The notes under the pieces were generated by a model. The model made no database searches, was not told the origin of the DNA, and saw only the letters and a list, made by a program, of their open reading frames with translations. A DNA stretch of 64,000 bases from Macrostomum lignano. Taxonomy: Eukaryota. The stretch covers positions 604,755 through 668,754 of the forward strand of contig NIVC01000129.1 in the NCBI GenBank assembly GCA_002269645.1, in the 5' to 3' direction. Both the position numbers and the translations under genes were made by a program. This document shows positions 26,666 to 39,226 of this stretch, piece after piece; positions within the stretch are counted from its first letter, which is position 1, and each line of letters opens with the position of its first letter.

Positions 26666-27895
26666 TCAATCTTTAGCCTGACCGGCCGTCAGCACGATCT
26701 GTCGCTGCCGCTGCAGTCTGAGCTGCTCCGAAGTCATCAACGATGAGCTGCTGCGCGATTTGTTAAAGCGGCGAATGGCGTTCGCCCTCTGGCTGTTCAA
26801 CGTGGCGGCGCCACCAGCCTGGTAGGAGGAGCCGCGCAGGCCGCCAGTGTATCCCAGCGGACCCCGAGTTTGCAGAGAGCGGCGCAGAACGGCTGAACGA
26901 AACGCCCAGTTGGTCTTCATGTAGACCGCAAAGTTACACGTGGAGTCCAGATTGATGCACAGGTTCGACACCTCAACGGCGTAAAACATGAAGGCGTCCC
27001 AGCCCGAGCTGTCGTTCTTCGTCATGATGCCGAGTAAGACGGTAACGAACATCGGCATCTCCAGGCACACGAAGACTCCAAGCAGCAGCTGGATCATTCG
27101 CGTGGCCTTGCAGTGGGCTCGACTTGACGCGAGTCCGGAGCGCCTCTGATGAGCCCGGAGGCCCAGTGTCATCGCCGCGGTGGCGACGCCGACAATCAGG
27201 ACTGGCAGCACGGCCTGGCAGAACACCGTGCCCAGATAAAACTCGCCGTAGTGCGGAAACGGCGGTTGGAAGTCCCTGCCGACGATACGCAGCTGCCCCT
27301 CACTGAGGCACAGATAGTAAAGCTCCTGAAAGGCCTTCGGCGCGCTGAGGATTGCAGCCGTGACGCTGATAATAACGAATGCCGCTATCACAGTTCGAGG
27401 CCCGCAGCGACGGCCGGTGTTGCGCGAGAACGGGCGAACCACGGCTTCACAGCGGCTAACAGCGATGAGCACGACGCACCAGTTTCTGGCTAGCAGGGCG
27501 GCGTTGGCCAGCGACCAGGTGACGGCCAGAAACTGCACGAGTCGGCGTGCCGCCTCCGGCGAGTTGTACACTATATCGTTGCGGCGAATCTCCAAAGCGA
27601 TACGACTGGCCTCAACGCTGGACATCGCGAAGCTCGCAGCGACCTCTGTGAAGGAGAGCAGAAGCAGCAGCAGGCGGATCAGGCGGCCTTTCTGCTTTCG
27701 CTGGCACAGGAAGATAACGGCAGAGAGACTATTGAGGACCAGATTCAGGGCGCCGAGTGCCACAAATACCGACTTGAATAGCAGCGCATTCGGCCCAACT
27801 GGATCGGCGCTGCCGGCAGTTCCGTCGCAGGAGACATTGCTGCTGTTGCTTGAGTTGTCACCTGGGCTGAGCAGCACTAGCTGGAACATTGTCAT
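26666..27895 (-). CDS. Intronless rhodopsin-like (class A) orphan GPCR, peptide-receptor-like, 409 aa
   Basis: Seven hydrophobic segments; N-terminal sequons (NSS, NVS); TM3 RNW...SRCEAVxxP (DRY equivalent); TM5 LP; TM6 VCLEMP; TM7 DSTCNFAVY. Confidence 0.92.
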   Translation of the reverse strand: MTMFQLVLLSPGDNSSNSSNVSCDGTAGSADPVGPNALLFKSVFVALGALNLVLNSLSAVIFLCQRKQKGRLIRLLLLLLSFTEVAASFAMSSVEASRIALEIRRNDIVYNSPEAARRLVQFLAVTWSLANAALLARNWCVVLIAVSRCEAVVRPFSRNTGRRCGPRTVIAAFVIISVTAAILSAPKAFQELYYLCLSEGQLRIVGRDFQPPFPHYGEFYLGTVFCQAVLPVLIVGVATAAMTLGLRAHQRRSGLASSRAHCKATRMIQLLLGVFVCLEMPMFVTVLLGIMTKNDSSGWDAFMFYAVEVSNLCINLDSTCNFAVYMKTNWAFRSAVLRRSLQTRGPLGYTGGLRGSSYQAGGAATLNSQRANAIRRFNKSRSSSSLMTSEQLRLQRQRQIVLTAGQAKD

Positions 27896-28096
27896 AATTC
27901 AAGTGCGCCTCTTCTGTTTCTTGCTGCTGTTGGGAAGCCTCGGCTGCAGAATTTGAGCTGCGGCAATGCAGCGATTTCCAGCCAATCCAAGGCCGACCCG
28001 GGGAGTCTCACCTCAAAACGACTTGAAGATTTGAGATCTCTAACTGCAGCTGCTCATCTGCAGGTAGCCAATCGGTGTTGGATTCGATATGGCTGC

Positions 28097-28160
28097 GGGA
28101 GACCTGACAAGACTGCGGGAGACCTGACAAGACTGCGAGAGACCTGACAAGACTACGGGA
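28097..28160. repeat. Three 20-bp direct repeats (GGGAGACCTGACAAGACTGC) upstream of the GPCR
   Basis: Visible. Confidence 0.85.
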
Positions 28161-29910
28161 GAAGATGCAAAGAGAGGCATCTGATTGTGGCTGGAACAAT
28201 TTACATTTTTCGCTGTCTTTTTTTACATATCGGTCAGGTGCCATCAGAACCCGATACCCCCAGAGGTATCAGAACCCCCATCAGAAGCGATTTTTCTAGC
28301 CGATAGGAACCGCCTTCGGTCCGAATCTGTGGCAGGTAATCAAGGCGCGTTCACACGCCCAGCAATCTAACCTTCAAATCGCGTGCACACGTACCAAAGA
28401 TGGATCAAGCGAAGAGAAAAGCGGTTTACCTGACCCTTTATCGGCTACTGTGAGTAGAAATTGAAGTATACTAAAAGAGAAAATTTTCAAGCTATCTGAT
28501 TTTTTTAAATTTGTTGTTAAGCCCTGTTGTTGTTACTATAAGTAATGAATTCTTGTAAAAGGAGCTGAAGGAATTTCTGACAGCTGTAGCAGAAACAATT
28601 TAGCGCTATTTTCTTATTTTCAAGCCTATTTTTACATTTCCGAATGTGCTCTAACTACTCACGTATGTAATCGAATTAACTTTAGTTCAAATCGAATTCC
28701 AACCAGCTGTTCCAGTGCAACCCTTCTTCAATACTTCCCGGGCATACAGTTCTGAACTGATGGAGAAGGGGCCGGCGTTCGTTTTGGGAGCCATATTGCA
28801 TAGTCTCATGATAAATTTATGCATTTATGAATAAAATGACACGTGGTCGGTACCATGTGTTTCTGGGGAGCCTGAAGTAAGTACAGTGGTGGCATGCAGA
28901 AGATCACCAGAGTACAGCGCCTACGCATCAGCCAAGGGGTTAATGCTGTAAGTTGTGCTAGAATTCGACATGCCATTGTGTGTGTCTAGATTTTTTGCGT
29001 CATAGCGTGTGTGTGTAATGGATTTGATCTGGTTAAGTATGTCAACAGAGCCGTTCACGCAACAGTATAACAAAAAACAATCCACTCAGGAGGATGTGAG
29101 CATGGTGGACTAGCTTGTGGACGATTCTTGTATTAAACATAAGGTCGTAAAAATATACGCACACTAAAGTTACGCCTTCTTTACACAACTAACAGATTCG
29201 TGTAGTTAATTAAAAGATTCGAAATTCTCGGAATCTGCTCAGTGTATTTTTGGTGCTAGCAAGCAGAACAACAACAGTTCGCTGGGAGCGTGTGCATTGA
29301 TAAGGTATCGGTGTGAAGTTAGACTAGATCCATGGAAATCTGCATACATAATGTATCATATTTATCATTAGCAGCAAAATCTTTCAGCAAATTGCAATGC
29401 AGTGACCGCAACAATAGTGATTGTGAAAAGATATCTTCTTTTGCAAAAATAATCTATAAAACCTATCAGAGAGTTTATCGCAGCGGAAAATGGAATAAAA
29501 AAATTGAATTTTTCCAAGCAGTTTGCTGATATTTCGGAGAGTTAAGATGCATGCTGGAAAGTTCCGTGATCGAGCTCTGAAGCAATGTGCATGCGCATTT
29601 AGCAAGGCAAAACATCGATTGTGCAGACGCCAAAACAGGCAATTAAAATAATGATTTTTGCATATGACAGATCTAGTTGTGCATGTATGCTAAACATGTG
29701 GTTTAGGGGCAAAAAACTACAGGATTCCGATTTACTCGTACAATACAAGTGAATTATCTATAGAGTAAGAAGATCGAACAGAAAAAGCTCTCAGTCACAA
29801 CAGATTGGAATATTAAATCAGAAAGGACAAATGAACAAATTTTAGAATGTAGACGTTCTCACAGCAATGACCTTGCAACTCATCAAACAGCTGACTGCCG
29901 CGACTCTCGA

Positions 29911-32160
29911 TTACATCCGAACCAAAATGGTGCCCCGCGAGGCCAGCGGAATCGTCTCGGCAGTGCAGCCGTTGGTAGTGCGATGGTTGCAGGCGGTGGT
30001 GTAGTTCCGGTTGAATCCGGCGGTGGTTCCACGACCGTCGGTGCCGCGGCAGCCGCCGCCTCCACCGGCTCCGCCGCCACCGAGGGGGCCACCGGGAGAG
30101 CTGCGGCTGTCCTGCTTGCGAATGCCCAGCATGCGGCCGGCGGCGTGCAGGAAGCGGCGGTTAGACAGCACGATGATCACCAGGTTGCAGTATGAGTCCA
30201 GGATGATCAGCAGGTTGCCGATGACGCGGCTGAGCACTACACTCTGCGTCTCCTCCCTGGAGTCCAGCAGGGCCAGCACTGTGGTGGGGATCTCGCACTG
30301 GGCAAACACGAACGCCACTAGTAGAGTCCGAACTACAGCTCTAGTTGACAGGTCGGCCCGGCTGGAACTGTTGCTGGGTATTGATGAGCCGCGTCTGAGC
30401 AGCTTGAATGAGATGGCTACAGACATGAGCACACAGAGGCCGGCTGGCAGGGGGCCCTGCAGTGCAAAGATGATGGAGTGCACAATGTCATGGTTCTCCG
30501 ACAGCGAGACGGCGTAGCGCGGCAGGGACTCCTGACTGACGTACATGCTGAATGCCTCCGCCGAGAACCTGGAGCAAATGAGTGAGACGCTCAAAATGTC
30601 AAGTTCTAGTTAAACGAAGTAATAATTCTAGCAACCGTAAGGCATGAAACATCAACTTTCTAACGCTCGTACTTTTTCAACCCTGGAAGCGCTTTGAAAA
30701 GAAACTCTCAAGATACCGTAAATGCTGCGTAGTCAATTTTGTAACTCTAAAAAACATAATCAATTTGAGTCTACATATTAGTATTTTTGTCCCATCGAGC
30801 ATGTCAACACATCACATCAACTTTGATTTTGTCATCTGGAATTTGAACTTCATTGCGACTTTTGGAATTTCAACATTTCTATTAATGGTAAATATTTTTT
30901 AAATTTGAACTGATGCCAGATCGCATCCTCGTCTTCAATTTGGCGTATTGAACTCGGACCCAGGATGCCAAACGACACTGCAGTTTCTGACGCTTAAAAT
31001 CCAGCTTTAAGAAAAATGAATTCGCATATTTTTCATCCACTGGGCGGAGTTCCTCTACCTATGCAGTCTCTTGGATCAAAGTCGTCTCTTTAATTAGACG
31101 CAATTTCGCTGAAAAGCCGGATGCTTGCAAGACCTTTCATTATCTTTCATTAGGAAGCTGGGGGCTTATTCGTGTCATTTCCGCGCCAGGCAAGTTTCAT
31201 TGTCGAACACAGTGGCAGCAGGATAATTATGAGTTCGCTTCAATGCGAATGAGCAATTTTTGCAGATTTTTTCTGAAAAAAAGTTTACGCATCATGAGAC
31301 CTTGAAATTGAACGATCCCTGACTGGCACACTTTTCGACGCTGCTACACTACACGAGTAGGATTACTGGGATTTTTCATCTACGCCAAACTAAATCCTAA
31401 AAGATTTGAGTTTTGATACAGAGAGGGAGCTTAGAAACTGCAAAAATGGGACACTCTCTGTCCCTGGGGGTTCGCCATCTCGAATTTTCGCGCACACAAA
31501 CCCCAATAAAACGACAATGCTCTTTTCGAGACTATAAGATTAAGGCAGTTGCTATATGAATGCTTGCCACTTGGAAAGCCTTGACTTAAAGGGTTCGTAA
31601 AACTACAGTGGGACACCTTGGCAGGCGATCCATCATTCTGCGTACCGAGACGCCACGGGCGCTACGACCAGCAGGTAGCAGGACAGGTAGGCCAGCCGCA
31701 CCCGACGGCTGGTCAGGGCGGCCCTGGCTCGCATCGGGCTGAACACGTGCGCGGCGGTGAGTGCAGCTTTCACCACAATGCAGTAGTTGCGGACAAACAG
31801 AAAGTAGTTGGTTAGGTAGAATGTCACCATCAGCGGCAGAGGATAGGCGTGGTGATCCTCACTGTGCAGCGAACTGTTAGTTAGTGCTGAATCATTGTGC
31901 GGCGGTCGCACCAGTTCGAGTAGGCCGAGTTTAAAGATGAGGCATAGGCCGCCGCTGAGACAGCAGAGGGACTCGGTGACCGTCAGGACTAGAAATCCGG
32001 ACAGCACGGCAGCCGTGTGCCTGTCGTGCTTGCTGATGCGATGAAAGATGGCTGAGCCGAATGCGAAAACCGCGGCAGCTACGAAGCAGAGAGGCGTCAT
32101 GGCTGCGTAGCTGGCGTACTCAAGCAGCCAGGCGGAGTACAGCTTGTCTGGAGCTGGCAT
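29911..32160 (-). CDS. Two-exon class A orphan GPCR: exon B 32160-31646 (TM1-4) + exon C 30568-29911 (TM5-7, C-tail)
   Basis: Phase-2 donor CG|GTACGC joins acceptor TTTGCTCCAG|G to give APVASR-FSAEAFSMY. TM5 GPLP, TM6 QCEIP and TM7 LDSYCNL parallel the neighbouring GPCR. Confidence 0.85.
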
Positions 32161-32809
32161 TCTGTCTGCAAAGCTGATCTCCACTGCTGATATGGCGCTC
32201 GAGCCTAGAGGCTAATCAAGACGCAGCTCTCCGCCTGCAGTAGCGTGAGCCATTTTTTATCGAATGGCGACAGTCTGGCATCAGCCGGCTTAAAAATGAG
32301 ATGGCGGCAAGGCAATGGCTGCCTCTGAGCTTGTCTGATTCGAGGAAATAGCCCGGGGAGCGGATGAATAGAGAGGTAGAGAGGGCTGCTTTCACAGCGG
32401 ATAAACTCACCAGGAGCACAGATGCTCCCGTGAATATTTGCGCTCACGGTTAAGCCTTTCTTTTTCGTTGATGGAATTTAGTCTTAATGTGTCAACGTTG
32501 TTAATCAGAAAGGAATTGCATCGAAATGTTTCTTTCTGGAACGCTCAGTTTGTTGATCCTTGATCTCGATTCCCATCTGAAAAAATGCGATTCTAGAATA
32601 GCAGCTGCATCAGAACTCACAGCTCAATAAAGGATTTCTTCTTTTCTTGGGGACACACTAAACTTGACTAAAATTGAATCGATCGCAATGGAGCTGCCTA
32701 TTTACATTTGTTTGTAAGTATATTTGGCAGAGTGAGTCTGAATCAACAAAAACCTGATTAACCGGATTAATCAGAATCTAACTTTAGTCGGCATGTAAGG
32801 CATCAGATT

Positions 32810-33166
32810 GGGGGGCCGTAGCTCAGCGGTAGCGCAGCTGCTCTGGTGTGCCGCGACCCAGGCTCGATTCCAAGTGCAGCCACATTAATTTGGGGCTGGA
32901 TTGGAATCTTGGCTTGGCTCGCTTGTGCAATTAACGGCCTTGAGAGCCAACCCCCCAAGGCGCAGTGAAGTGTACATGCCTAACGATAATATAAAGTTAG
33001 GGCCGCTGTACACTCCTGTGTGAGTGTGTGCCTGCGTAACGTATCCGCGCGCTTGTATGCCTGCTCAGGGGAGTCGGCGGAATGGGCAGTAATGCCTCTC
33101 GCCGGTTGTGTGCCTATGTCACTTAAATTGCGCCAGGGTGCACACAACCCCCCTGCCTCTAAAAAA
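32810..33166 (+). mobile_element. Full-length tRNA-derived SINE (family 1) with 13-bp TSD
   Basis: A box TAGCTCAGCGG, B box GGCTCGATTCC, A-rich tail, TSD AAGGCATCAGATT at 32797-32809 and 33167-33179; two more copies in the window. Confidence 0.92.
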
Positions 33167-33374
33167 AAGGCATCAGATTCTTTGTCTTACGGTTACAAAA
33201 TTGCTTATAAATGAAGCAAACCTTCCAAAGGCAAAACATTCACCTAATTCACGATAGGTAGCATCCTAATTCACTTTTTTATGGTGGCGCCCACACTTGT
33301 GGCATCCACATGTCGTGGTTTTATGAAGCTACCCTCGCAGAAAAACCCAGAAAACCTGGCAGTGCTCTTCTTAC

Positions 33375-33916
33375 CTGATGAAGGTCGGCGCCGAGGCAGC
33401 GAGGTAGCAGGCGATGAAAGTCGAGCGCAGCCGCTGACCAGTCAGCATCACCCGGGACTTGAGCGGCATGGCCACCTGCACCAGAGTGAGCCCGGTCTTG
33501 GCCATGATGCAGTAGTTGCGAGCGAACAGCAGGAAATTTGTAGCGTAGAAGGACACCAGCAAGGGCAGGCCAAAGTAGACTCTGGAACCGCCGCCAGCTC
33601 CGGTTCGGTTGTCGGAGCCGTTCCCAAGAGTGACATTCCAGTATAGTTGATCGCACATGGCCCGCTTAGCAAGGATTTGGTCAACGTGCAGCACAAGGCA
33701 GAGGCCGCAGGCCATGCACACCAGAGTCTCCGTGATGACGATCGCCAGGAAGCCGGTCAGGCCGGCGCTGCGCCGTTGTCGCTGCATTCGGCGGAAAACG
33801 CAGGCACCGAAGGCGAAAACCGCGGAGGCCAGAAAGTCTAGCGGGGCGGCAGCAGCGTAGGGGATCAACTCCAGGTGGAGCAGCGAGCAGGCGGCTGGAG
33901 ACGGCGTTGCAGACAT
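33375..33916 (-). CDS. GPCR exon A (TM1-4), paralogous to exon B, with no private TM5-7 exon
   Basis: Intact 180-codon ORF, about 40% identical to exon B by eye. Strong acceptor TTTTCCTCTTCTCCAG directly before the ATG; phase-2 donor AG|GTAAGA at the same aligned position as the exon B donor. Confidence 0.8.
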
Positions 33917-35500
33917 CTGGAGAAGAGGAAAAACTCTGTTCATTAGCCAAATTGTTGTGCACGTGTGCGCGGCTGTGGGGGGGGGGGTTCATGAATGCCT
34001 TGAACCACGCCCTCGGCCGGGGCGGGGGCTTTTCTGAATAATAAAATTGACAACTCGTAAAATCATCAATAAAGCTAGCAGATTGCTACTGGACCCCGAG
34101 GGGCAAAACAGGTGACTGTCGCTTCACGATCCCAGGTAGGATTCTGTTCACGTCTTGATTACTTTGGGGATTGTGAAGAAAATTGGCTAAGGGGTTGCCC
34201 CAGGGGTTTTCACAAGCATGAAGGCCAACCCGCAAGGAACAGAGAGTGTACATGCTAGACGAACCAGTCAGGGCCCCTGTACATCCAGTGTGGGCGTACA
34301 GTACTAGCGCGATTGTATGTGTTCAGGAGTCAGGAGAATGGGCGCAGAATTGCCTCACTAGGTAGAATTGTGAATATTTTTATACTAGACCCCGCGGCAA
34401 ATGGCTTTTATATCGAAGTGTGCGGAGATCTCAATCGCCATGAAAACTTATAAAAGCCACAAGGCAAACAAGACTGCCAGAAACGCTTCGAATTGTTCTT
34501 TTGTAATCAACACTCGCGAAGCTCTCGCGGCAATCGTCAGTCATGCATCGATAGGCACTGTTGAACTTGAAATACGTTTAGTATGATACAAAAGCTTTGA
34601 ATTCAGATGATCAATCAAGTCAATTATCGGAGCGGACTAATCCAAGCTCGGCAGGTTTCGTGACGCGGATCGGTGATTTTCTGTGCTTCTATATAAGGAA
34701 AGCATTAATTTGCTCTAAAGAAAGGTGAGCCCTAGAATGATTTCTAGAATGCCGTAGGCACTAGCAAATTGCCGCTATTCCTTTTCGATGAAGAGACAAA
34801 AGCATCGAGCAATGGAGAGATTTTTGCTTTTCAACCAGAAAAACAGTCTGTAGGAAACCCGCATTGTTGTTTCAAATAGAAAAATTCATGAAAGCGAAAA
34901 GAGACAGCTGAATTCTGTTCTGATGCAGCTTATTGTATTCTATTACAATGGAGCGCCATTGCGAAGGCTCAAGGTAGACGCAGCTAAAAATCATGAAGTA
35001 TTTTTTAACAAAATTCCCTTTTTCTAGTGTGAGGCGGAGGACACAATATGATCGCATGCGTGAGATGCCTTGTTGAATGAGTCTCAATATCTTGTCCCAG
35101 TATTTCTACAGTTAAAAACAGCCTGTCAGCAATCAGCATGCAATTTGGCCCTCAGAAATTATTTTGAAAAACCACTTTACACTTGATGAAAAATCGGATA
35201 CACCGATGCAACGCTTAATTTGACACCTTTGTTTGCACGCACGGCTTGCACTGAGAGTGATTCTGTATTTTAGTTTGTCAGATTAAACTCAATTTCTGAT
35301 TTTCACTCAATGGGGACATTGTAAAAACCTTTACATAGACACTGCTACGAGCTACTACGCTATTTTGTTTTACGCTCATACACTCATTCGTTTTCTAAAA
35401 GGATTTCCCGGTAAATTGCTTTATTGTCAATTTCAAACAATGACCGGTAATTGCTTGAATGTCATTGCCTTAACGTAAATTACCATAGACATTTTGAACA

Positions 35501-35790
35501 ATTACTGCTCATTCCGCCGACTCCCCTGCGCAGGCAAACAAGCGCGCGGATATGTACGCAGTCATACGCACAGGCACTCGCACAGGAGTGTACAGCGGCC
35601 CTAAATTTATTTATCGTTAGGCATGTACACTTCATTGTGGCTTGGGGGGTTGGCCCTCAATGCCGTTAATTGCACGAGCAGAGCCAAGCCAAGATTCCAA
35701 TTTAGCCCCAAATTAATGTGACTGCACTTGGAATCGAGCCTGGGCCGCTGGCACACCAGAGCCTGCGCTAAGCCACTGGGCTGCGGACCC
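35501..35790 (-). mobile_element. SINE family 1 copy, 3'-truncated
   Basis: Reverse complement matches 32811-33100 including the tRNA-like head. Confidence 0.9.
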
Positions 35791-36563
35791 TGCCCAGCAG
35801 TGTTCTCAGCTGGAATTTGAATTAAATATGATTTAATTCAACTAAGGACACTGCAGGATTGGTGCACAGTGAGTGCACACCTTGCTAGGAATTGTTCAAA
35901 TATGTCTTATGTTATAAATCGTTTCAAGTGATCGATTGAATCGACCCCATTGCACAGCGATAAACAAATTTAGGTATTCGCAAATTTTCTAAAAGAAAAT
36001 TCAGAAACGCTACGACGCGGTACAGAGAAGCGCAGAGACGGCATCAGCTGTTGTTTTTTCGTTTTAATTAGGTCCTGGGAATTGAATCTCCCCTGGGACC
36101 AATGGATCCGTCAAAACCGAACTGCCAGCCAATGAATCCCGAAAATGGTTTGTACTTTTCTGATTTTGCTTTACAGAGACAGAGAGAGGAAAGCAGGCCA
36201 AGTTCCTTCACTTTGCATCTACAAAGTTTTTTTTTCCAAAAGGGATTTAAACGTTTCTGGTGATTCCAGTTTAGTTCAGCTGGTGTCCCTTCAACACCTG
36301 CTGCAAAGCAGAACATTGGTGCTATTAGCACAATTTGCAGGACCTCGGGCACATACGTGGTGCCTGTAACAGCAAGTCACATTCCTTGTTAATCATTTTT
36401 CTATCAATGATATGCTTCCGATGCTTTTTATTCGTGTTTTGTACTAATGAGGACATGCTCTGCTTTGTGAAAATAAAAACGGTAGAAAGCAGATGCCTAT
36501 GAATATGGTAGCGAATGGATTCGTCTGGTCAAAGCAGATACTTGGCTTTCACCGATCACTGAC

Positions 36564-36699
<136 letters not shown>

Positions 36700-37624
36700 T
36701 AGTATCTGTTACAGCTTGAACTGAATCGTCATAGCATCAATTATGTCAGAAAATGATTGAACACTATTTACTCATTTTTCAAGAGTGTCCATGCGATACT
36801 TTTGGCTATGAGTAGTCACTACATAATTTGAGAACTATTTTATACGCGAACGCATCTCATTAGAGTTGATTGTCGGATATACGCTCGTAGCAGCTGCCTA
36901 ACAAGAGCAGAGCTGTGATTACGAATAAGCACACAATGTCATCATCATATGAGTGCACAGAGAGGACAATTTTAGTAAATGGCAGTCAGTTGATTCCCGC
37001 ACTGGGCTCAGGCACTAATAATATGTCTCATAGCCAGCACTCACGCCAATCTCTTTTGGACAGTCGTTGCTGATAGCATAATTACAGTACAGCTATACAA
37101 GGCCCGCTTGCATAGTAAAAAAGTGATATACATTTCAGAGGCAGTGAGTGGCTTTAGTGCGACTGTCCATATACTGTACTCAAAAATACTTTGCTGTGTA
37201 TAGCTTGCTGTCACTTGGCACTTGAACTGAGCTGAGCACATGCTGTGTAGCACAGCTGTCTTTGTGACTGGAAGTTTTTCGTAAGTCATGGCTAGAGGAC
37301 ACTAAAGGCAAAAACTATTCTTTTAAAAAAATCGCTACCGAAATTCCACCTCTGACTAAAAAATATGATCTGCATAGCAAGGACTCTGCTAACTTATACA
37401 TTTTTGTATTGCAGTTGAACGATTATGCGTTCTTTAGTGGGATCCAACTTGCAATCAAACCTGAGACTGCATGGGTCATTAATGCGCTTTACGTGTATAA
37501 ACATTTCAAGCTAAACTTGAACCTTAGACTATCAATAAAATGCTGTATCTGCAGTTGAAGCTAAATCTTATCGTTTACCACATGAAGAGGAATTTACTGT
37601 TTTCCTGTTTCCTTTTTGGGTGTT

Positions 37625-38623
37625 CCTGTCGCTTGGTAGATGTCCCTGTCTCTTGGTGGGGCCCCTGTCTCTTGGTGGACGCCCCTGTCTCTTGGTGGGC
37701 GCCCCTGTTTCTTGGTGGGTGTCCCTGTCTCTTGGTGGGTGTCCCTGTCTCTTGGTGAACGCCCCTGTCTCTTGGTGAGGCCCCTGTCTCTTGGTGGGTG
37801 TCCCTGTCTCTTGGTGGGGCCCCTGTCTCTTGGTGGGTGTCCCTGTCTCTTGGTGGACGCCCCTGTCTCTTGGTGAGGCCCCTGTCTCTTGGTGGGTGTC
37901 CCTGTCTCTTGGTGGGCGTCCCTGTCTCTTGTTGGGCGCCCCTGTCTCTTGGTGGGTGTCCCTGTCTCTTGGTGGGTGTCCCTGTCTCTTGGTGGGCGTC
38001 CCTGTCTCTTGGTGGGTGTCCCTGTCTCTTGGTGGGTGTCCCTGTCTCTTGGTGGGTGTCCCTGTCTCTTGGTGGGTGTCCCTGTCTCTTGGTGGGTGTC
38101 CCTGTCTCTTGGTGGACGCCCCTGTCTCTTGGTGGACGCCCTGTCTCTTGGTGGGTGTCCCTGTCTCTTGGTGGGGCCCCTGTCTCTTGGTGGACGCCCC
38201 TGTCTCTTGGTGGGTGTCCCTTTCTCTTGGTGGGGCCCCTGTCTCTTGGTGGGTGTCCCTGTCTCTTGGTGGGGCCCCTGTCTCTTGGTGGGTGTCCCTG
38301 TCTCTTGGTGGGTGTCCCTGTCTCTTGGTTGGTGTCCCTGTCTCTTGGTGGGCGTCCCTGTCTCTTGGTGGGTGTCCCTGTCTCTTGGTGGGTGTCCCTG
38401 TTTCTTGGTGGGTGTCCCTGTCTCTTGGTTGGTGTCCCTGTCTCTTGGTTGGTGTCCCTGTCTCTTGGTGGGTATCCCTGTCTCTTGGTTGGTGTCCCTG
38501 TCTCTTGGTTGGTGTCCCTGTCTCTTGGTGGGTATCCCTGTCTCTTGGTTGGTGTCCCTGTCTCTTGGTTGGTGTCCCTGTCTCTTGGTTGGTGTCCCTG
38601 TCTCTCGGTTTGTGTCCCTGTCT
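37625..38623. repeat. 20-bp (19-bp variant) minisatellite CCTGTCTCTTGGTGGGTGTC, about 50 units
   Basis: Visible; ORFs 37568-38731 etc. are repeat translations. Confidence 0.97.
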
Positions 38624-39226
38624 AAGAGAATAAGAGAACAATCTACGAGCTTTTTGGCATAAGTCAATTTTACGATATCGTAAATCTGTGTTTACGACCA
38701 TTGGAATTATTGCAAACTGGTATACAATCAATACATGCCGACTTCTAAGAGAAAAGATAAAATCTTCACTTTATAATGGGATCAGAAAAATCTTGAGAAC
38801 AGTCTTAAACAATTACGAGCGTATTCGCGCTTTTGTAAGCCAAAACATAATTTTGAACATCGGAGTTGAACATCGTTTTATAAAATATATGGCGGTTAGA
38901 ACGAATGTCTGCACAAAAGCCTCTCAATCTTGATCGATGATATCTATAGCTGCATTGAGATATAGCTTTTGAGTCTCGATCGAAGTCAAAATTTATGTTT
39001 GAAGCTCGGGTCATATCTCAGCTTGCAAATCAAGAAGTCTTGGACTGGAATTCAGCCCTGATTTACTTAGTCAAAAAAATAGGAAAACGTCTTTATAAGC
39101 CTCTCTCTGGTGCTTGCTGATAAAAGCAATCAAAATCTTTCTATGAATAGGTCTACAACTACAGGAAAAGTATAAATTAGGTTGAGTTAATTTAGGATAA
39201 AATTGGTAAACAAATAGTGGGCGGAA

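Noticed and set aside
32811-32885. tRNA-like sequences at 32811, 35720-35790 and 40759-40815
   Set aside because: SINE heads: imperfect cloverleaf, continuous with SINE bodies and tails; not tRNA genes.
36068-36352. ORF with a hydrophobic start and KR/KKK sites resembling a neuropeptide precursor
   Set aside because: Non-ATG start, runs through a poly-T/A tract, no repeated amidated peptide; no supporting splice structure.
37568-38731. 387-aa RDRDTHQETG and related ORFs; also 46347-46976 and 62693-63658
   Set aside because: Minisatellite translations; the latter two lie in introns of real genes.
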